DNA of 59,256 bases from Acidobacteriota bacterium (GTDB taxonomy: Bacteria; Acidobacteriota; Aminicenantia; Aminicenantales; Aminicenantaceae): assembly GCA_030669585.1 (NCBI GenBank), contig DAOVDI010000003.1:1-59256 (forward strand). Direction: 5' to 3'. Position 1 is the first letter of the stretch. Each line of letters begins with the position of its first letter. Of this stretch, positions 41,523 to 52,487 are shown piece after piece. Made by a program: the position numbers and the translations under genes. The notes beneath the pieces are model-generated. The model saw nothing but the letters and a program-made list of their open reading frames with translations, had not been told where the DNA came from and did not search any database.

Positions 41523-42652
41523 TGTTCCATAACCTTCTGATAGAAACTAAGGGTTTGCTCTGCGGTCGTCCTCCAGCTGAATTCGGCGGATCTTTTTTTC
41601 CCTCTTGATATGAGGGATTTGCGCAGAGTTGTATCTTCCAGCACTGTCAGAATGCTGCGGGCCATATCTTCCGGGTTTCCTGGATCAAAATAATCCACTG
41701 CGTTTTGTCCGATCTCTGAAAGGGCTGAGGTGCGGGAAGCAACGACAGGAACGCTGCATGCCATGGCTTCAACCATGGGAAGGCCGAATCCTTCGTGAAA
41801 TGACGGGAAAACAAACAGTGCGGCGGCAGAGTAAAGGCTGCGGAGCTCCTGTTCGCTGCAGTAGCCCGTCAGTTTCACGCAGCGATCGATCTTCAGTTCT
41901 TGTATTGTTCCTAAAATATTATTGGTATCTTCCCCCTTTCTGCCGGCAAGGACAAGATGAAGATTGTTATAACGCCTGCGGACGGTTTTAAATGCCTTCA
42001 GCAGGGTTACAAGGTTTTTTCGGCGCTCAAGTGCTCCCACAAATAAAAGGAACTGGGGATGGAGTTTAAAATGTGTCAAGACCGAATTTTGCTCCGGCCT
42101 GGTTGCTGCCTTCCAGAATGTCCTGTCCAGGCCCAGATAAACAACTTTAATTTTGTCCGGATCCAGATGAAATCTTTCCAGAAGATGCTTTTTAGTAAAG
42201 TGGGATATCGTGACGATTCCATCCGCTCTCTGAAGGGCGCCTGCGATCTTATGACGGAAATTTTGTCTTGCCTCCCTGTCTGCTTCATACGGCCGGTCCA
42301 TAAAAAACAGATCATATACTGTGACGATCTTTTTTCCGCTGCAGGGGAGCAGAAGCGGAGTGGGAGAATGGGTTAGATCAAGCTTTGTTCTAAAAAAAAA
42401 GTCAAGATGAGGCCATCCCATTTTATACCACAAAAAATTCATGGCCCTGACAGGAAGTTGGAAATCGCGGAATTGCATCTTTGAAAAAGACGGGATTTTA
42501 TAGGCTTGGAATCGATCTTTCCACGAGGAAGTGAAAAGATAGTATTCGTTTTCCGTATCTATGTCTGAAAGCGAAAAAAGAAGGTTTTTAAAGTAGATCC
42601 CCACACCGGTTTCTTCTTTGAGAAAAGACCTGATATCAAAACCGATTCGCAT
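41519..42652 (-). CDS. GT4 glycosyltransferase (mannosyltransferase-like)
   Basis: MRIGFD, TGVG.Y, RKNL, FPSFHEGFGLPMVEAMAC. Confidence 0.92.
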   Translation of the reverse strand: MRIGFDIRSFLKEETGVGIYFKNLLFSLSDIDTENEYYLFTSSWKDRFQAYKIPSFSKMQFRDFQLPVRAMNFLWYKMGWPHLDFFFRTKLDLTHSPTPLLLPCSGKKIVTVYDLFFMDRPYEADREARQNFRHKIAGALQRADGIVTISHFTKKHLLERFHLDPDKIKVVYLGLDRTFWKAATRPEQNSVLTHFKLHPQFLLFVGALERRKNLVTLLKAFKTVRRRYNNLHLVLAGRKGEDTNNILGTIQELKIDRCVKLTGYCSEQELRSLYSAAALFVFPSFHEGFGLPMVEAMACSVPVVASRTSALSEIGQNAVDYFDPGNPEDMARSILTVLEDTTLRKSLISRGKKRSAEFSWRTTAEQTLSFYQKVMEQ

Positions 42653-42709
42653 TATGAATTGTCCGCATGAGCAGAGTTAAATGTATTATCCTTCATATTA
42701 AAAGTCAAT

Positions 42710-43669
42710 TTAGTAAAACCTGCGGCTGATCTTGAGCGCTGTTCTGATCGTATTCATATGAACTTTAACTGTATCAGCAATATCGGTTGCATACCCTCCT
42801 GCCAGGACAATAAAAACAGGTATGCTCCGCCGCCGGGCCTCCTCGATGATGATTCTGTCCCGTTCTTCCAGACCGCTGAATGTTAGATCCAGCCCTCCTA
42901 GACGGTCTTTGCCGAGAGGGTCTGCTCCAGCCACGTAACAGACTATATCCGGAAGAAAGTCTTCAAAGATCTGAGGGATATGAGTTTCCAGTGCAGATAT
43001 ATAGGGCTCATCTCCGTCCCCTGACCAGAGACCGACATCTCTTGAGCTTCTGACTTTCTGTGAGGGATAGATGTCCATCTGATGTATGGAAAATGTAAAT
43101 ACATATGGCTTTTTCTCAAATATCTTAGCGGTTCCGTTTCCCTGATGAACATCACAGTCCACGATCATCGCCTTGTTTATAAGATCTTCTGATCTCAATT
43201 TCTCCAGAGCGATGGCAATGTCGTTTATGACACAAAAACCTTCCCCATGATCTGCAAAAGCGTGATGGAATCCCCCGCCGATATGGACTGATAGTCCGCA
43301 GTCAAGAGAAGTCAAGGCTGCTTTGATGCTGCCTCCGGCAGACAAGCGGGCGAATTCCATAACTTTTTCCGAAAATGGCAGTTCGAGTGTTAAAATCTCT
43401 CCTGTAGAAAGCGTGCCGGTGGTCAGTTTTTTCAGGTACTTTGAAGTGTGGACCCGCGCGATGTCCTCATCTTGGGCTGGTTCAGGAGACAGGAACTCGG
43501 CCTTTTTCACGCCCATTCGAATAAGCTGCTTGTAGAGCAGCCGGTACTTGTCCAGGGGGAAAATGTGTCCCTCTATATCGAACATCCAGTAGGAGTCGCT
43601 GTAGATAAATTTGAGAGAAGATTTTTTCCGGCTTAAGCGGGATAAGAGACTTTTTATAATCGAGGCCAT
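42710..43669 (-). CDS. Histone deacetylase-family (Zn-dependent) protein
   Basis: GGFHHA, GFCVIND, DCDVHQGNGT, AGADP..DRLG, GGY. Confidence 0.92.
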   Translation of the reverse strand: MASIIKSLLSRLSRKKSSLKFIYSDSYWMFDIEGHIFPLDKYRLLYKQLIRMGVKKAEFLSPEPAQDEDIARVHTSKYLKKLTTGTLSTGEILTLELPFSEKVMEFARLSAGGSIKAALTSLDCGLSVHIGGGFHHAFADHGEGFCVINDIAIALEKLRSEDLINKAMIVDCDVHQGNGTAKIFEKKPYVFTFSIHQMDIYPSQKVRSSRDVGLWSGDGDEPYISALETHIPQIFEDFLPDIVCYVAGADPLGKDRLGGLDLTFSGLEERDRIIIEEARRRSIPVFIVLAGGYATDIADTVKVHMNTIRTALKISRRFY

Positions 43670-43682
43670 GAATAAATCCAGG

Positions 43683-46394
43683 CTAAACTACATCTTTTTC
43701 CTTCAGTGCTGCCTGAGCTGCAGCCAACCGTGCGATGGGGATCTGGTATGCGGAGCAACTGACGTAATTGAGTCTGATTTTATTGCAGAAAACAATAGAG
43801 CGGGGATCGCCGCCGTGGACTCCGCAGATTCCGACCTTCAGGTCCGGCCTGGTCTGACGACCTTTTTCTACGGCCCACTTCATCAGCTCCCCGACACCGT
43901 CGATGTCAATAGTCTGAAACGGGTCGTCTTTCCAGATGCCATGTAAGAGATAATGATTAATAAAGGAAGCCCCGTCGTCACGGGAGATTCCGAATGTGGT
44001 CTGCGTCAGGTCATTAGTGCCAAAAGAGAAGAACTCGGCTTCTTTTGCCACATCGGCCGCTGTGATAGCTGCCCTGGGAATCTCGATCATGGTTCCGACC
44101 GTGTAGTCAAGATCGATCCCGGACTGTTCGATCAATTCCCCGGCGACCCTGACAATGATCGCCTTTTGGTCGGCCAGTTCCTCCGCGGATCCGATCAGAG
44201 GGACCATGATCTCGGGCCGGACATTTTGGCCTTCTTTTACAAGCTGACATGCGGCTTCAAAGATGGCCCTTGCCTGCATTTCAATGACCTCCGGATAGGT
44301 GATGCCCAGGCGGCAGCCGCGGTGTCCCAGCATCGGGTTAAACTCTGAAAGAGTGTTGACCCGTTCAAGGAGCTGTACAAGTTCCTGAGTCTTCTTTTTA
44401 TCTTCTTTTCCGGAGGCTTTCAGCGTGGCGATCTCGACCATCAGATCTTCTTTTTTGGGCAGGAACTCGTGAAGAGGCGGATCGAGAGTCCGGATAGTCA
44501 CAGGATTACCTTTCATAGCCTTGAACAGCTCATAAAAATCCTTTCTCTGGAAGGGCAGAAGCTTGCCTATATTGTCCCTGCGTTCTTCTTCGGTTTCAGC
44601 GAGGATCATGGCCTTTATAAAAGGAAGTCGCTCATTATCAAAAAACATATGCTCTGTGCGGGTCAGACCGATTCCCTCTGCGCCGAATGCAAAGGCTATC
44701 TGAGCATCTTCAGGAGTATCGGCATTGGCCCGGACATTCAATTCTCTGAAACCGTCTGCCCAGGAAAGCAATTTGCTGAAATTCAAATAAAGCTCGGATT
44801 CCTCAGGTTTGATATCGCCTTTGACGACCTGGATGATCACTGAAGGTCTTGTCTTGATTTCGCCCTTAAGGACTTCACCACTGGTACCGTCGATGGAGAT
44901 CCATTCTCCTTCTTTGATCTTTTGACCGCCGGCTGTAAAGGACTTTTCTTTCTCATTCAGGACAAGCGCTTCGCAGCCTACAATAGCGGGTTTGCCCATC
45001 TGCCGTCCGACAACTGCGGCATGCGACGTCATACCCCCTGTTGCCGTCAGGAGACCTTGAGAGGCGCTCATGCCGTGGATGTCATCAGGAGAAGTTTCGT
45101 CCCTGACAAGGATGATTTTCTTGCCGTCTTTTTTCCAGTCCACTGCATCGTTCGCTGTAAATACGACCTGTCCGGCGGCAGCCCCTGGAGAAGCAGCCAG
45201 TCCTTTTGCAATCTTGTCATGAGTGGCTTTTTCTTTGACATCAAAGACCGGGTGGAGCAGTTGGTTAAGAGAATCGGGCTCTACCAGCATTATGGCTCTC
45301 TCTTTGGAGATCAGTCCTTCCTCCACAAGGTCGACAGCGATTTTAACGGCCGCCTGCCCTGTTCTTTTTCCGCTCCGCGTCTGAAGCATATAGAGTTTGT
45401 CCTCCTGGATTGTGAATTCAAAATCCTGAATATCCTTATAGTGGTTCTCCAACTGGGTTGTGATGTCCTTCAATTCCTGGAATATCCGCGGCATCTCCTC
45501 CTCTAAATTTTCTATAGGGGAGGGTGTCCGGATCCCGGCGACCACGTCTTCGCCCTGGGCATTGACCAGATATTCGCCGTAAAGTTTTTTGCGGCCGTTG
45601 GCCGGATCGCGTGTAAAACCAACACCTGTCGCGGATGTCTCTCCGAAATTGCCGAATATCATCAACTGGACATTGACGGCTGTTCCCAGGTCATTAGGAA
45701 GATGGTTTAACCGTCTGTATGTTATGGCTCTCGGTGTGTTCCAGGAGCTGAATACGGCTGATACTGCCAGGAAGAGCTGTTCCCGCACATCCTGAGGAAA
45801 ATCTTTTCCGGTTCCTTTCTGGACCAGGGCTCTGTATTCACTGATGACTTTTTCCATGTGCTTTTCGGTCAGATCATAGTCGTTGACCACACCGGCATGG
45901 TCTTTAATGGTTTTTAGAATTGTTTCAAATTCTTTTTTGGAGACGTCAAGGACAACATCACCGAACATATGGATCAACCGGCGGTAGCAATCCAGTGCGA
46001 ATCGCCTAACACCGCTTTTTTTTGCCAGACTTTCCACGGTTGTGTCGTTCAGGCCAAGGTTTAAGATCGTGTCCATCATTCCTGGCATTGAAAACTTGGC
46101 TCCTGACCGGACGGAAACGAGGAGTGGATTTTCCTTGTCGCCGAATTTTTGTCCGGCGGCGTTTTCCAATTTGGAAAGATTTTCAAGGATCTCCTTCTGA
46201 ATATCTTCGGAAATTGTATTTCCGGAAGAGGTATATAGATTGCAGGCATCAGTGGAAACCGTAAAACCCGGAGGAACTGGAATACCGATACCAGACATCT
46301 CGGCGAGGTTGGCGCCTTTGCCTCCAAGTAGATCTCTCATATCCTTGTTGCCTTCAACGTCATTTCTGCTGAAAAAGTAGACATATTTTTTCAC
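43683..46394 (-). CDS. ppdK: Pyruvate, phosphate dikinase
   Basis: GGKGANL, VSVRSGA, GGMTSHAAVV, RTEHMF, FGTNDLTQ. Confidence 0.97.
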   Translation of the reverse strand: MKKYVYFFSRNDVEGNKDMRDLLGGKGANLAEMSGIGIPVPPGFTVSTDACNLYTSSGNTISEDIQKEILENLSKLENAAGQKFGDKENPLLVSVRSGAKFSMPGMMDTILNLGLNDTTVESLAKKSGVRRFALDCYRRLIHMFGDVVLDVSKKEFETILKTIKDHAGVVNDYDLTEKHMEKVISEYRALVQKGTGKDFPQDVREQLFLAVSAVFSSWNTPRAITYRRLNHLPNDLGTAVNVQLMIFGNFGETSATGVGFTRDPANGRKKLYGEYLVNAQGEDVVAGIRTPSPIENLEEEMPRIFQELKDITTQLENHYKDIQDFEFTIQEDKLYMLQTRSGKRTGQAAVKIAVDLVEEGLISKERAIMLVEPDSLNQLLHPVFDVKEKATHDKIAKGLAASPGAAAGQVVFTANDAVDWKKDGKKIILVRDETSPDDIHGMSASQGLLTATGGMTSHAAVVGRQMGKPAIVGCEALVLNEKEKSFTAGGQKIKEGEWISIDGTSGEVLKGEIKTRPSVIIQVVKGDIKPEESELYLNFSKLLSWADGFRELNVRANADTPEDAQIAFAFGAEGIGLTRTEHMFFDNERLPFIKAMILAETEEERRDNIGKLLPFQRKDFYELFKAMKGNPVTIRTLDPPLHEFLPKKEDLMVEIATLKASGKEDKKKTQELVQLLERVNTLSEFNPMLGHRGCRLGITYPEVIEMQARAIFEAACQLVKEGQNVRPEIMVPLIGSAEELADQKAIIVRVAGELIEQSGIDLDYTVGTMIEIPRAAITAADVAKEAEFFSFGTNDLTQTTFGISRDDGASFINHYLLHGIWKDDPFQTIDIDGVGELMKWAVEKGRQTRPDLKVGICGVHGGDPRSIVFCNKIRLNYVSCSAYQIPIARLAAAQAALKEKDVV

Positions 46395-46618
46395 GTTTCA
46401 ACTCCTACTGTGAATTCCAAATTTGTAAGCAAGAAATATACACTCAACAAGGGGAAAATTCAATAGAAGAGAGGGAATCGTGCCAAGTTTTCTCCGTTGC
46501 CTTATTACAGCTTTGTCCCTCCTACATCAATTATGGTGGGCAAATCTTTTATTGACTGGATATGTTTCTTCACTGTAATATTTTCACAAGAGGAGGTAAG
46601 AGAGCGAAAATACAACAA

Positions 46619-48772
46619 ATGAGTAAAAATCAAAATAAACCTAAAAAACATATTACTGTCTTCATATTCGTATTGGTTCTCGTTTTTTATTTAATTTCGT
46701 TTGCAGCATCACATTCAGCAGAAGAAATAGTAATTGAGTGGGGAGGGAAAGCGGAAATAACTTACGAGACAGGATTCATGAATATGCTGATGAAAAAACC
46801 TGCCGGCGGAATTTCACTTTTTAATATGGAGCTTGTCGAGAATGATGCGCCGGGAGCAGGTTTGAGCGAAAAAGAAACGAGTACGGATATCATTTGGGGA
46901 AAGTATTACGGAAGAAAAAAATTTCAGCTAAATGATCATCGGACTAATAAAGCCTGGCTGGTGATCTTTACAGTTCATCAGGGTAAATACCCGCTGAAAT
47001 TCAGTGTAAATGGGCATGAAAGCCAGGTTGACAACTGGGATTTAAAGAAAAACAGAGAGGTTTACCGCTGGACAGAGTTTCCTGCAAAGTGGCTTAAAAA
47101 AGGCAATAACATTGTGGAATTCTACTGCCCCCGGGCAAAAAATAGCGAAGAAGGCTGGGAACTTTATATCGCACGCGCAGATGAATTCGAAAATGGAGGC
47201 GGAAATCCGCAAGATGTGGGAATAACTTCATTTAAATCCTTTGATGGAGGAAAAAACTGGAAGCAGAGCCCTTTTGGACCTGACAGAAAGACAAAAGCTG
47301 AATATACAGTGAGATTGAGTTTGGACCGTTATGTAAAAAAGGGATGGCTGGCAACTCCGGTGATCGATCTATGGCGAGGGGAAGCAGCTGATTTTATTGT
47401 TCCGCTTTCTGAAATTAAGAGTGTTGAAATAACTATCAATACAGATGTTCCTCGGGGAGCGGCTGTCAAATATTATCTTAAAAAAGGCTCGGAAATGAGT
47501 CCTCACGGCGGTGATTGGGAAGATTATACATATATTGGGGCTGGAAGTACGCTGTTCTATTGTTTGAAAGGAAGCGACTTGCGCCGAAGATATATCCAGA
47601 TAAAAGCCGAGCTGTCGACCGGTGATCCGTTAAAAAGTCCGGTCGTCAAAGTTGTGAAAATAAAGGCAAATCTCCTGCGGCGGGTTCCCCGGCATAAAAA
47701 TATAGTTGTTGTGAGCGCAGAGAATCCGGTTATAAAATATTCCTCAATAAATTGGGAATGGGAGAAATGGGACAGGCCTGAATTCCGGGAATTACGGGAT
47801 AGAGAAACGCTTGATGAGGTGATCGCCGGATGCAGGACCGAATTTGAGGCGCAGGTGAAGCTTTTGGATTACGCGGCCAAACGTTGGCGGAATGCATCTC
47901 CTGTTCCCGGGTTTCCCGGTATGGATGCACTTTCGATCTTAAAACGCCTGGATAATATGGGAGCAGGCGGATATTGCCTTACTTTAAATAACACACTGGG
48001 CGGTATGTGTCTGGCTTATGGATGGCAGGCAAGGCATGTGAATGTTGTCGCACATGAGGTAATTGAAGTGTGGAATGATGATTATGGAAAATGGATATTT
48101 ATGGACGCTGATTATATGAATAATTATAATTACGACAGCCAGACCGCAGAGCCGCAAAATCTGCTGGAACTTCACCGGAAATATATTGATGTTTATTTCC
48201 CCGGCCGGCCGATCGACTGGATGAAAGACATGATCTCTGCTTATCCGGAACTGCCTAAAGATCTGCCGGTTTGCAATGGTTCTTTAACCCATCACAAAGG
48301 CATCAAGCTGACCGGTTTTTTACAGGCAGCTTTTATGCGCATGATCCCCAGAAATAACTGGTATGAAAAACCGTTTCCCCGGCCACTTAATCATGGTACA
48401 TCCTGGTGGCCGTGGAACGGATATATCAACTGGTACGATGAGAGAACCCCGCCAAAAAGACAGTACTCCTGGCACACGGATAGGCCACAGGATATGTGGC
48501 CGGATCTGAATCTGGTTCATGTCGATGCGACCACAGGTTTTGGAAATGACCGCATTTTTTTACGATTCGAGACATATACGCCAAATTTCAGCTATTTTGA
48601 GATCGATCTGGATGACGCCAAATGGAGAAAGATCGGAGGTGATCGATATTCCTGGCTGCTTGTTCCGGGGAAAAACAGGCTTCGGGTCAGGTCTGTAAAT
48701 AAGCTTGGCGCAAAGGGCAAACCATCTTGCTTTGTTATAAATCATGGGAATGCGCCTCTAGGGAAATACTGA
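46619..48772 (+). CDS. Secreted multidomain protein with transglutaminase-like (Cys-His-Asp) domain
   Basis: GGYC...GWQARHV...HEVIEVW...KWIFMD; signal peptide after Met 46619. Confidence 0.75.
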   Translation: MSKNQNKPKKHITVFIFVLVLVFYLISFAASHSAEEIVIEWGGKAEITYETGFMNMLMKKPAGGISLFNMELVENDAPGAGLSEKETSTDIIWGKYYGRKKFQLNDHRTNKAWLVIFTVHQGKYPLKFSVNGHESQVDNWDLKKNREVYRWTEFPAKWLKKGNNIVEFYCPRAKNSEEGWELYIARADEFENGGGNPQDVGITSFKSFDGGKNWKQSPFGPDRKTKAEYTVRLSLDRYVKKGWLATPVIDLWRGEAADFIVPLSEIKSVEITINTDVPRGAAVKYYLKKGSEMSPHGGDWEDYTYIGAGSTLFYCLKGSDLRRRYIQIKAELSTGDPLKSPVVKVVKIKANLLRRVPRHKNIVVVSAENPVIKYSSINWEWEKWDRPEFRELRDRETLDEVIAGCRTEFEAQVKLLDYAAKRWRNASPVPGFPGMDALSILKRLDNMGAGGYCLTLNNTLGGMCLAYGWQARHVNVVAHEVIEVWNDDYGKWIFMDADYMNNYNYDSQTAEPQNLLELHRKYIDVYFPGRPIDWMKDMISAYPELPKDLPVCNGSLTHHKGIKLTGFLQAAFMRMIPRNNWYEKPFPRPLNHGTSWWPWNGYINWYDERTPPKRQYSWHTDRPQDMWPDLNLVHVDATTGFGNDRIFLRFETYTPNFSYFEIDLDDAKWRKIGGDRYSWLLVPGKNRLRVRSVNKLGAKGKPSCFVINHGNAPLGKY

Positions 48773-48794
48773 AATTACATATAGATAGAAAAAC

Positions 48795-51700
48795 ATGAGA
48801 AGACATCTCGTTATTTTTTTGTCATTGCTTTTTGTGCTGTCTGCTCATCCACAAGATTCCAAAAAGGACTTTTCAGGAGAAACGCTCCATCTCGCTTTTG
48901 AAACAGAATCAGATATTCTTTCGGATTTTCTTTCATCTGCAAATATTTACAGGTATGCAAAGCCGGGAGAGATACTTGAGAATTCACTAAAAAGAAGAAA
49001 ACTTGAACTCACAGATGGAAAATTTGGAAAGGCTCTTCACATAAAACATGGCTGGTCTGTTACACGGGGAACAGCCAATGAGTCAGGAATAGATCTCGAC
49101 CTGATAGTAGCAACGATGTGGGGAGACTGGCGGACAAAGCCCCATTATTGGGGAGCCGGGAAATTTTATGGTGATAGAGGCTCCATCGCATTCTGGGTAA
49201 AGACCTCCGAGTTAAATCCGGGGATTGTTTTTATTCAGAGCAGTATTGCCTGGGGAAGAAAGGAAAAAGATCTGTTAAGAATCGACCTGGATGAAAATGG
49301 GAAACTAAGCGCCTCAATAAGGGATATTTTCTACCGGTATCATCAGATCAAGTCAAAAAAAGCTGTGTGGAAAAATAATGAATGGCAGCATATCGTTGTG
49401 GTTTATGACAAAGCGTATGGTCTGAAACTGTATTTTGATGGAAGCCTCATTGCGTCAAACTGGGGGAAAGACAGTTGGTGGCAGACGCCTCTTCCGGGTC
49501 TTTTCTCTCCATTTTTGCCTGAGTCTTGCTACGATGAAATTTTCTTTTTCGATTATTCTCTGAACGACGATGAGATAACATCGCTTTATACTTCAAATTC
49601 GCCGCCACAAAAAAGGGAGAAAAAAGCTGTCCTGGATAATCCAGCAAGAGAACGGCTGCTTTCCTCTTACGGGAATATTAACAAACTGGAGCTTCCGGTC
49701 TTGATAGCTGACAAAGATGTATTGTCTATGAAACAGACGGAAATTACTGACTGCCACGATGAAAAAATTCCCGCCTGGTGGGTAATGGATGGGAGATATG
49801 AGCTTGCCTGGCCCCATCCTTATATGTTGTTCACCTTTATTCTCGGAGATGTCGATTTTCATGGTGATAAAGTGAACATTGATCTTAAACAGGGAGAAAC
49901 AGCCAATTACATTTCACTTGAAGGAGTTCTGGACGGAATAGAGGTGTTCTCAGGAGAGAAAAGAGAAATAAATAATAAGAATAAGATTATTGATTTACAG
50001 AATTATCCGTATTTCTTTTACTCCACAAAATTAAATATGGGAAACAACACCTCGCTTCATTTCCCATTGGTCAGCGGATATGGAACTCCGCCTGGTCTAA
50101 TTGACAAAGGTAGTTTGAAATTTCCCCTGAGCGGTAAAATGAGGCTGCATGAAGTTCAACTCTGGAATGTTACAACAAAAAAAGAAGGAGCCGCAGCAGA
50201 TATTGTCTGGCGGTTACCTTATCAGGAAAATTTATCAGCTCTTGATATAAGATACCTTGATGCTTTCTTGAAACTAAAAGGCTCACAGGACAGGACCTTG
50301 TTTGCGAGTTCAAATATTTCAGGGAAAACAGATCCGGCTTTTATTGATCTGGCTCCGCTGCAGCCGTTCCATTTATTCAGCCCTGACATGAATCCGGATC
50401 TAGCTGTTGATAAGATTGGATTAAAAATTTATGTAATCCCTGATGAAAATTCAGATGTTTTGTGGGTTAAATTGAGAGATCCGGCAAATCCATCAAGAAT
50501 ATGGGCTCAGACAGTTATTCGCACTGAATTTAAACAACTTAATAAACCTCAAAAGATAGAAATAGAATTAGACCCGGTGGATATAATGCTTGCAAGCGAG
50601 GACAGGTTATGGGTTGAGCTTATGTTCGCAAATAATAAAAAAATTGCGGCAGCAGCCAATATGGCGCCGGAAATCAAACTTGTGTTGAGCAAAGATAGAG
50701 AAAAATCTCTTTCAGATTATGCCTTTAATGAAATGATTCCGGCAAGGATGCAGTACATAAAGGAATATAACTATCAACCCTGGTTATTTACCGGTGAACA
50801 GAGAAGCAAAAAAAGCTGGGCTTTCTTTGGCGGAAGCGTATCTACGAAAATTAGCCACATTACCTCTCAAAGTGAGAGTATGAATTTCTGGAGCAATTTC
50901 GGAGGGCCTTATGATATGTGGTATCCGCCTGATGCCGTATTAAGGCATGATCCGGATAATGAGATTGCCGCTATATACAAACGGATTACCGGAGAAAGAG
51001 GTTATATTTATGGCGGGGACTTTAAGAGTACATTTAATCAATATGATAGATTGGAGCTTTCGGAAAATATTCCTTTTAATGCGCCGTCCTGGGCAGTTTG
51101 GGAAAGAGAAATGTATAAAAAGCAGCTTCGGACAATCCACTGGATAGCGGGCATGCAGAGGAAAGACGGTTTCTTCTGGGGCGGTTCCAATGATGATGTG
51201 TTTATACCGCTTGGCTATGCCGGTATTCCATTTATGGGAGATGAGATCTCAAGAAAAGCTTTTTTAAAACTTTATGACGGTCTTGAAGAATTAGGTATTT
51301 ACAAAGACGGATACTGTGATATCTGGCCCATTGATTATCTTCATATCACTGATTTCCTCACCAGCAGAGGACTAATGATTCCCTATGCGCTTGGAGATCC
51401 TTATGTGTTGGAAAGAGAGATGATCACAGGCAGGGTCTATAAAGATATTATGGATAGAAACAATAAGGAAAGGGCAGAGAAAGGACTTCCGCCTTTTGAG
51501 TTAAAAAACAAATCACGCATAAAAGAACCAAAACTATGGGGAGAAAAACTGGTTCAGGACTATGAGCTGACACAGGTCTACTGGTACTGGGGAAAATCCC
51601 CGGAACCAGAGCCGCATCATATCGATGACCAAAATGAAATTGCCCGTGAGATGATGAATGTTGCGAATAAATATGACAGAACAGAAGAGTATGAATGGAC

Positions 51701-52451
51701 AAAAGCGATGAGGCACACCGATAAACAGGGAGCCGCACCTGGAAGGCAGCAGCTCATTACTGCTGCTCTGGGGGGCAGACTTCAGGGGCGCATAGAACCT
51801 CACCCACACTCAATAGCAGCAAGTTGGGATAATTCTGACCCTGATATTGCGCGTCTTGTATCTTATGCTGACAAAAAAACCGCAAAGGTAAACCTTTATA
51901 ATTTCAAATCAGAGCCGCAGGAGATCACTATGAGATTATGGCGGATTACAAAGGGTGAATATTTACTGCAAGTCGGCAGAGATTCTGATAATGACGGGGA
52001 AATAGATTCAAAGAAGGATATTTTGAGAAGAGAGAAAATAGAGCTGCGTAGATTTTCGACCATAAAACTAACCTTACCTTCGAAAAAGAATATCGCTGTT
52101 CAACTCAAGCTTTTGAAAAAAATAAAACAGCCGGCCAATATGCCTGATCTAGCGATCCATCCGAAAAGGGATATAAAACAGGAGGGAGATACACTGATCG
52201 TAAAAGTCCATAATATCGGAGATGGTGTCGCTAGAAATATTAGAATTGAATTATTAGAAAGAAATGGGAAAGTAATAGCGGAAAGTATTATTCCAGAGAT
52301 CAAGGCTCCGGTAGACCTTGTGCCTAAAACTAGATCCGTCGAATTTGATACAGCAGGTAAAAAATGGCATAAGATCATGATCGACAGGGGAAACAAGATA
52401 GAGGAGATTTTTGAAGGGAATAATAAAGCGATTAATGCCTTTGTAATTTAA
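48795..52451 (+). CDS. Large secreted protein with LamG-like jellyroll and C-terminal CARDB-like domain
   Basis: GKFGKAL, GSIAFWVK, WQHIVVVYD, DEIFFFD..L...EI..LY; PDLAI...VKVHNIG...IEEIFEGNN. Confidence 0.75.
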   Translation: MRRHLVIFLSLLFVLSAHPQDSKKDFSGETLHLAFETESDILSDFLSSANIYRYAKPGEILENSLKRRKLELTDGKFGKALHIKHGWSVTRGTANESGIDLDLIVATMWGDWRTKPHYWGAGKFYGDRGSIAFWVKTSELNPGIVFIQSSIAWGRKEKDLLRIDLDENGKLSASIRDIFYRYHQIKSKKAVWKNNEWQHIVVVYDKAYGLKLYFDGSLIASNWGKDSWWQTPLPGLFSPFLPESCYDEIFFFDYSLNDDEITSLYTSNSPPQKREKKAVLDNPARERLLSSYGNINKLELPVLIADKDVLSMKQTEITDCHDEKIPAWWVMDGRYELAWPHPYMLFTFILGDVDFHGDKVNIDLKQGETANYISLEGVLDGIEVFSGEKREINNKNKIIDLQNYPYFFYSTKLNMGNNTSLHFPLVSGYGTPPGLIDKGSLKFPLSGKMRLHEVQLWNVTTKKEGAAADIVWRLPYQENLSALDIRYLDAFLKLKGSQDRTLFASSNISGKTDPAFIDLAPLQPFHLFSPDMNPDLAVDKIGLKIYVIPDENSDVLWVKLRDPANPSRIWAQTVIRTEFKQLNKPQKIEIELDPVDIMLASEDRLWVELMFANNKKIAAAANMAPEIKLVLSKDREKSLSDYAFNEMIPARMQYIKEYNYQPWLFTGEQRSKKSWAFFGGSVSTKISHITSQSESMNFWSNFGGPYDMWYPPDAVLRHDPDNEIAAIYKRITGERGYIYGGDFKSTFNQYDRLELSENIPFNAPSWAVWEREMYKKQLRTIHWIAGMQRKDGFFWGGSNDDVFIPLGYAGIPFMGDEISRKAFLKLYDGLEELGIYKDGYCDIWPIDYLHITDFLTSRGLMIPYALGDPYVLEREMITGRVYKDIMDRNNKERAEKGLPPFELKNKSRIKEPKLWGEKLVQDYELTQVYWYWGKSPEPEPHHIDDQNEIAREMMNVANKYDRTEEYEWTKAMRHTDKQGAAPGRQQLITAALGGRLQGRIEPHPHSIAASWDNSDPDIARLVSYADKKTAKVNLYNFKSEPQEITMRLWRITKGEYLLQVGRDSDNDGEIDSKKDILRREKIELRRFSTIKLTLPSKKNIAVQLKLLKKIKQPANMPDLAIHPKRDIKQEGDTLIVKVHNIGDGVARNIRIELLERNGKVIAESIIPEIKAPVDLVPKTRSVEFDTAGKKWHKIMIDRGNKIEEIFEGNNKAINAFVI

Positions 52452-52487
52452 ATTTTTGTAGGATATTTATGGATTATCCGCCTGCGA

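Noticed and set aside
35822-42652. Glycosyltransferase cluster as a novel system
   Set aside because: Ordinary WcaJ + GT2/GT4 glycan synthesis genes with nothing unusual visible
43953-45506. Long antisense ORFs opposite ppdK, and similar shadows elsewhere
   Set aside because: Typical antisense shadows of a conserved gene; no recognisable motifs or RBS
46470-46488. Sigma-54-like TTGGCACG upstream of ppdK (minus strand)
   Set aside because: The -12 TGC element is absent
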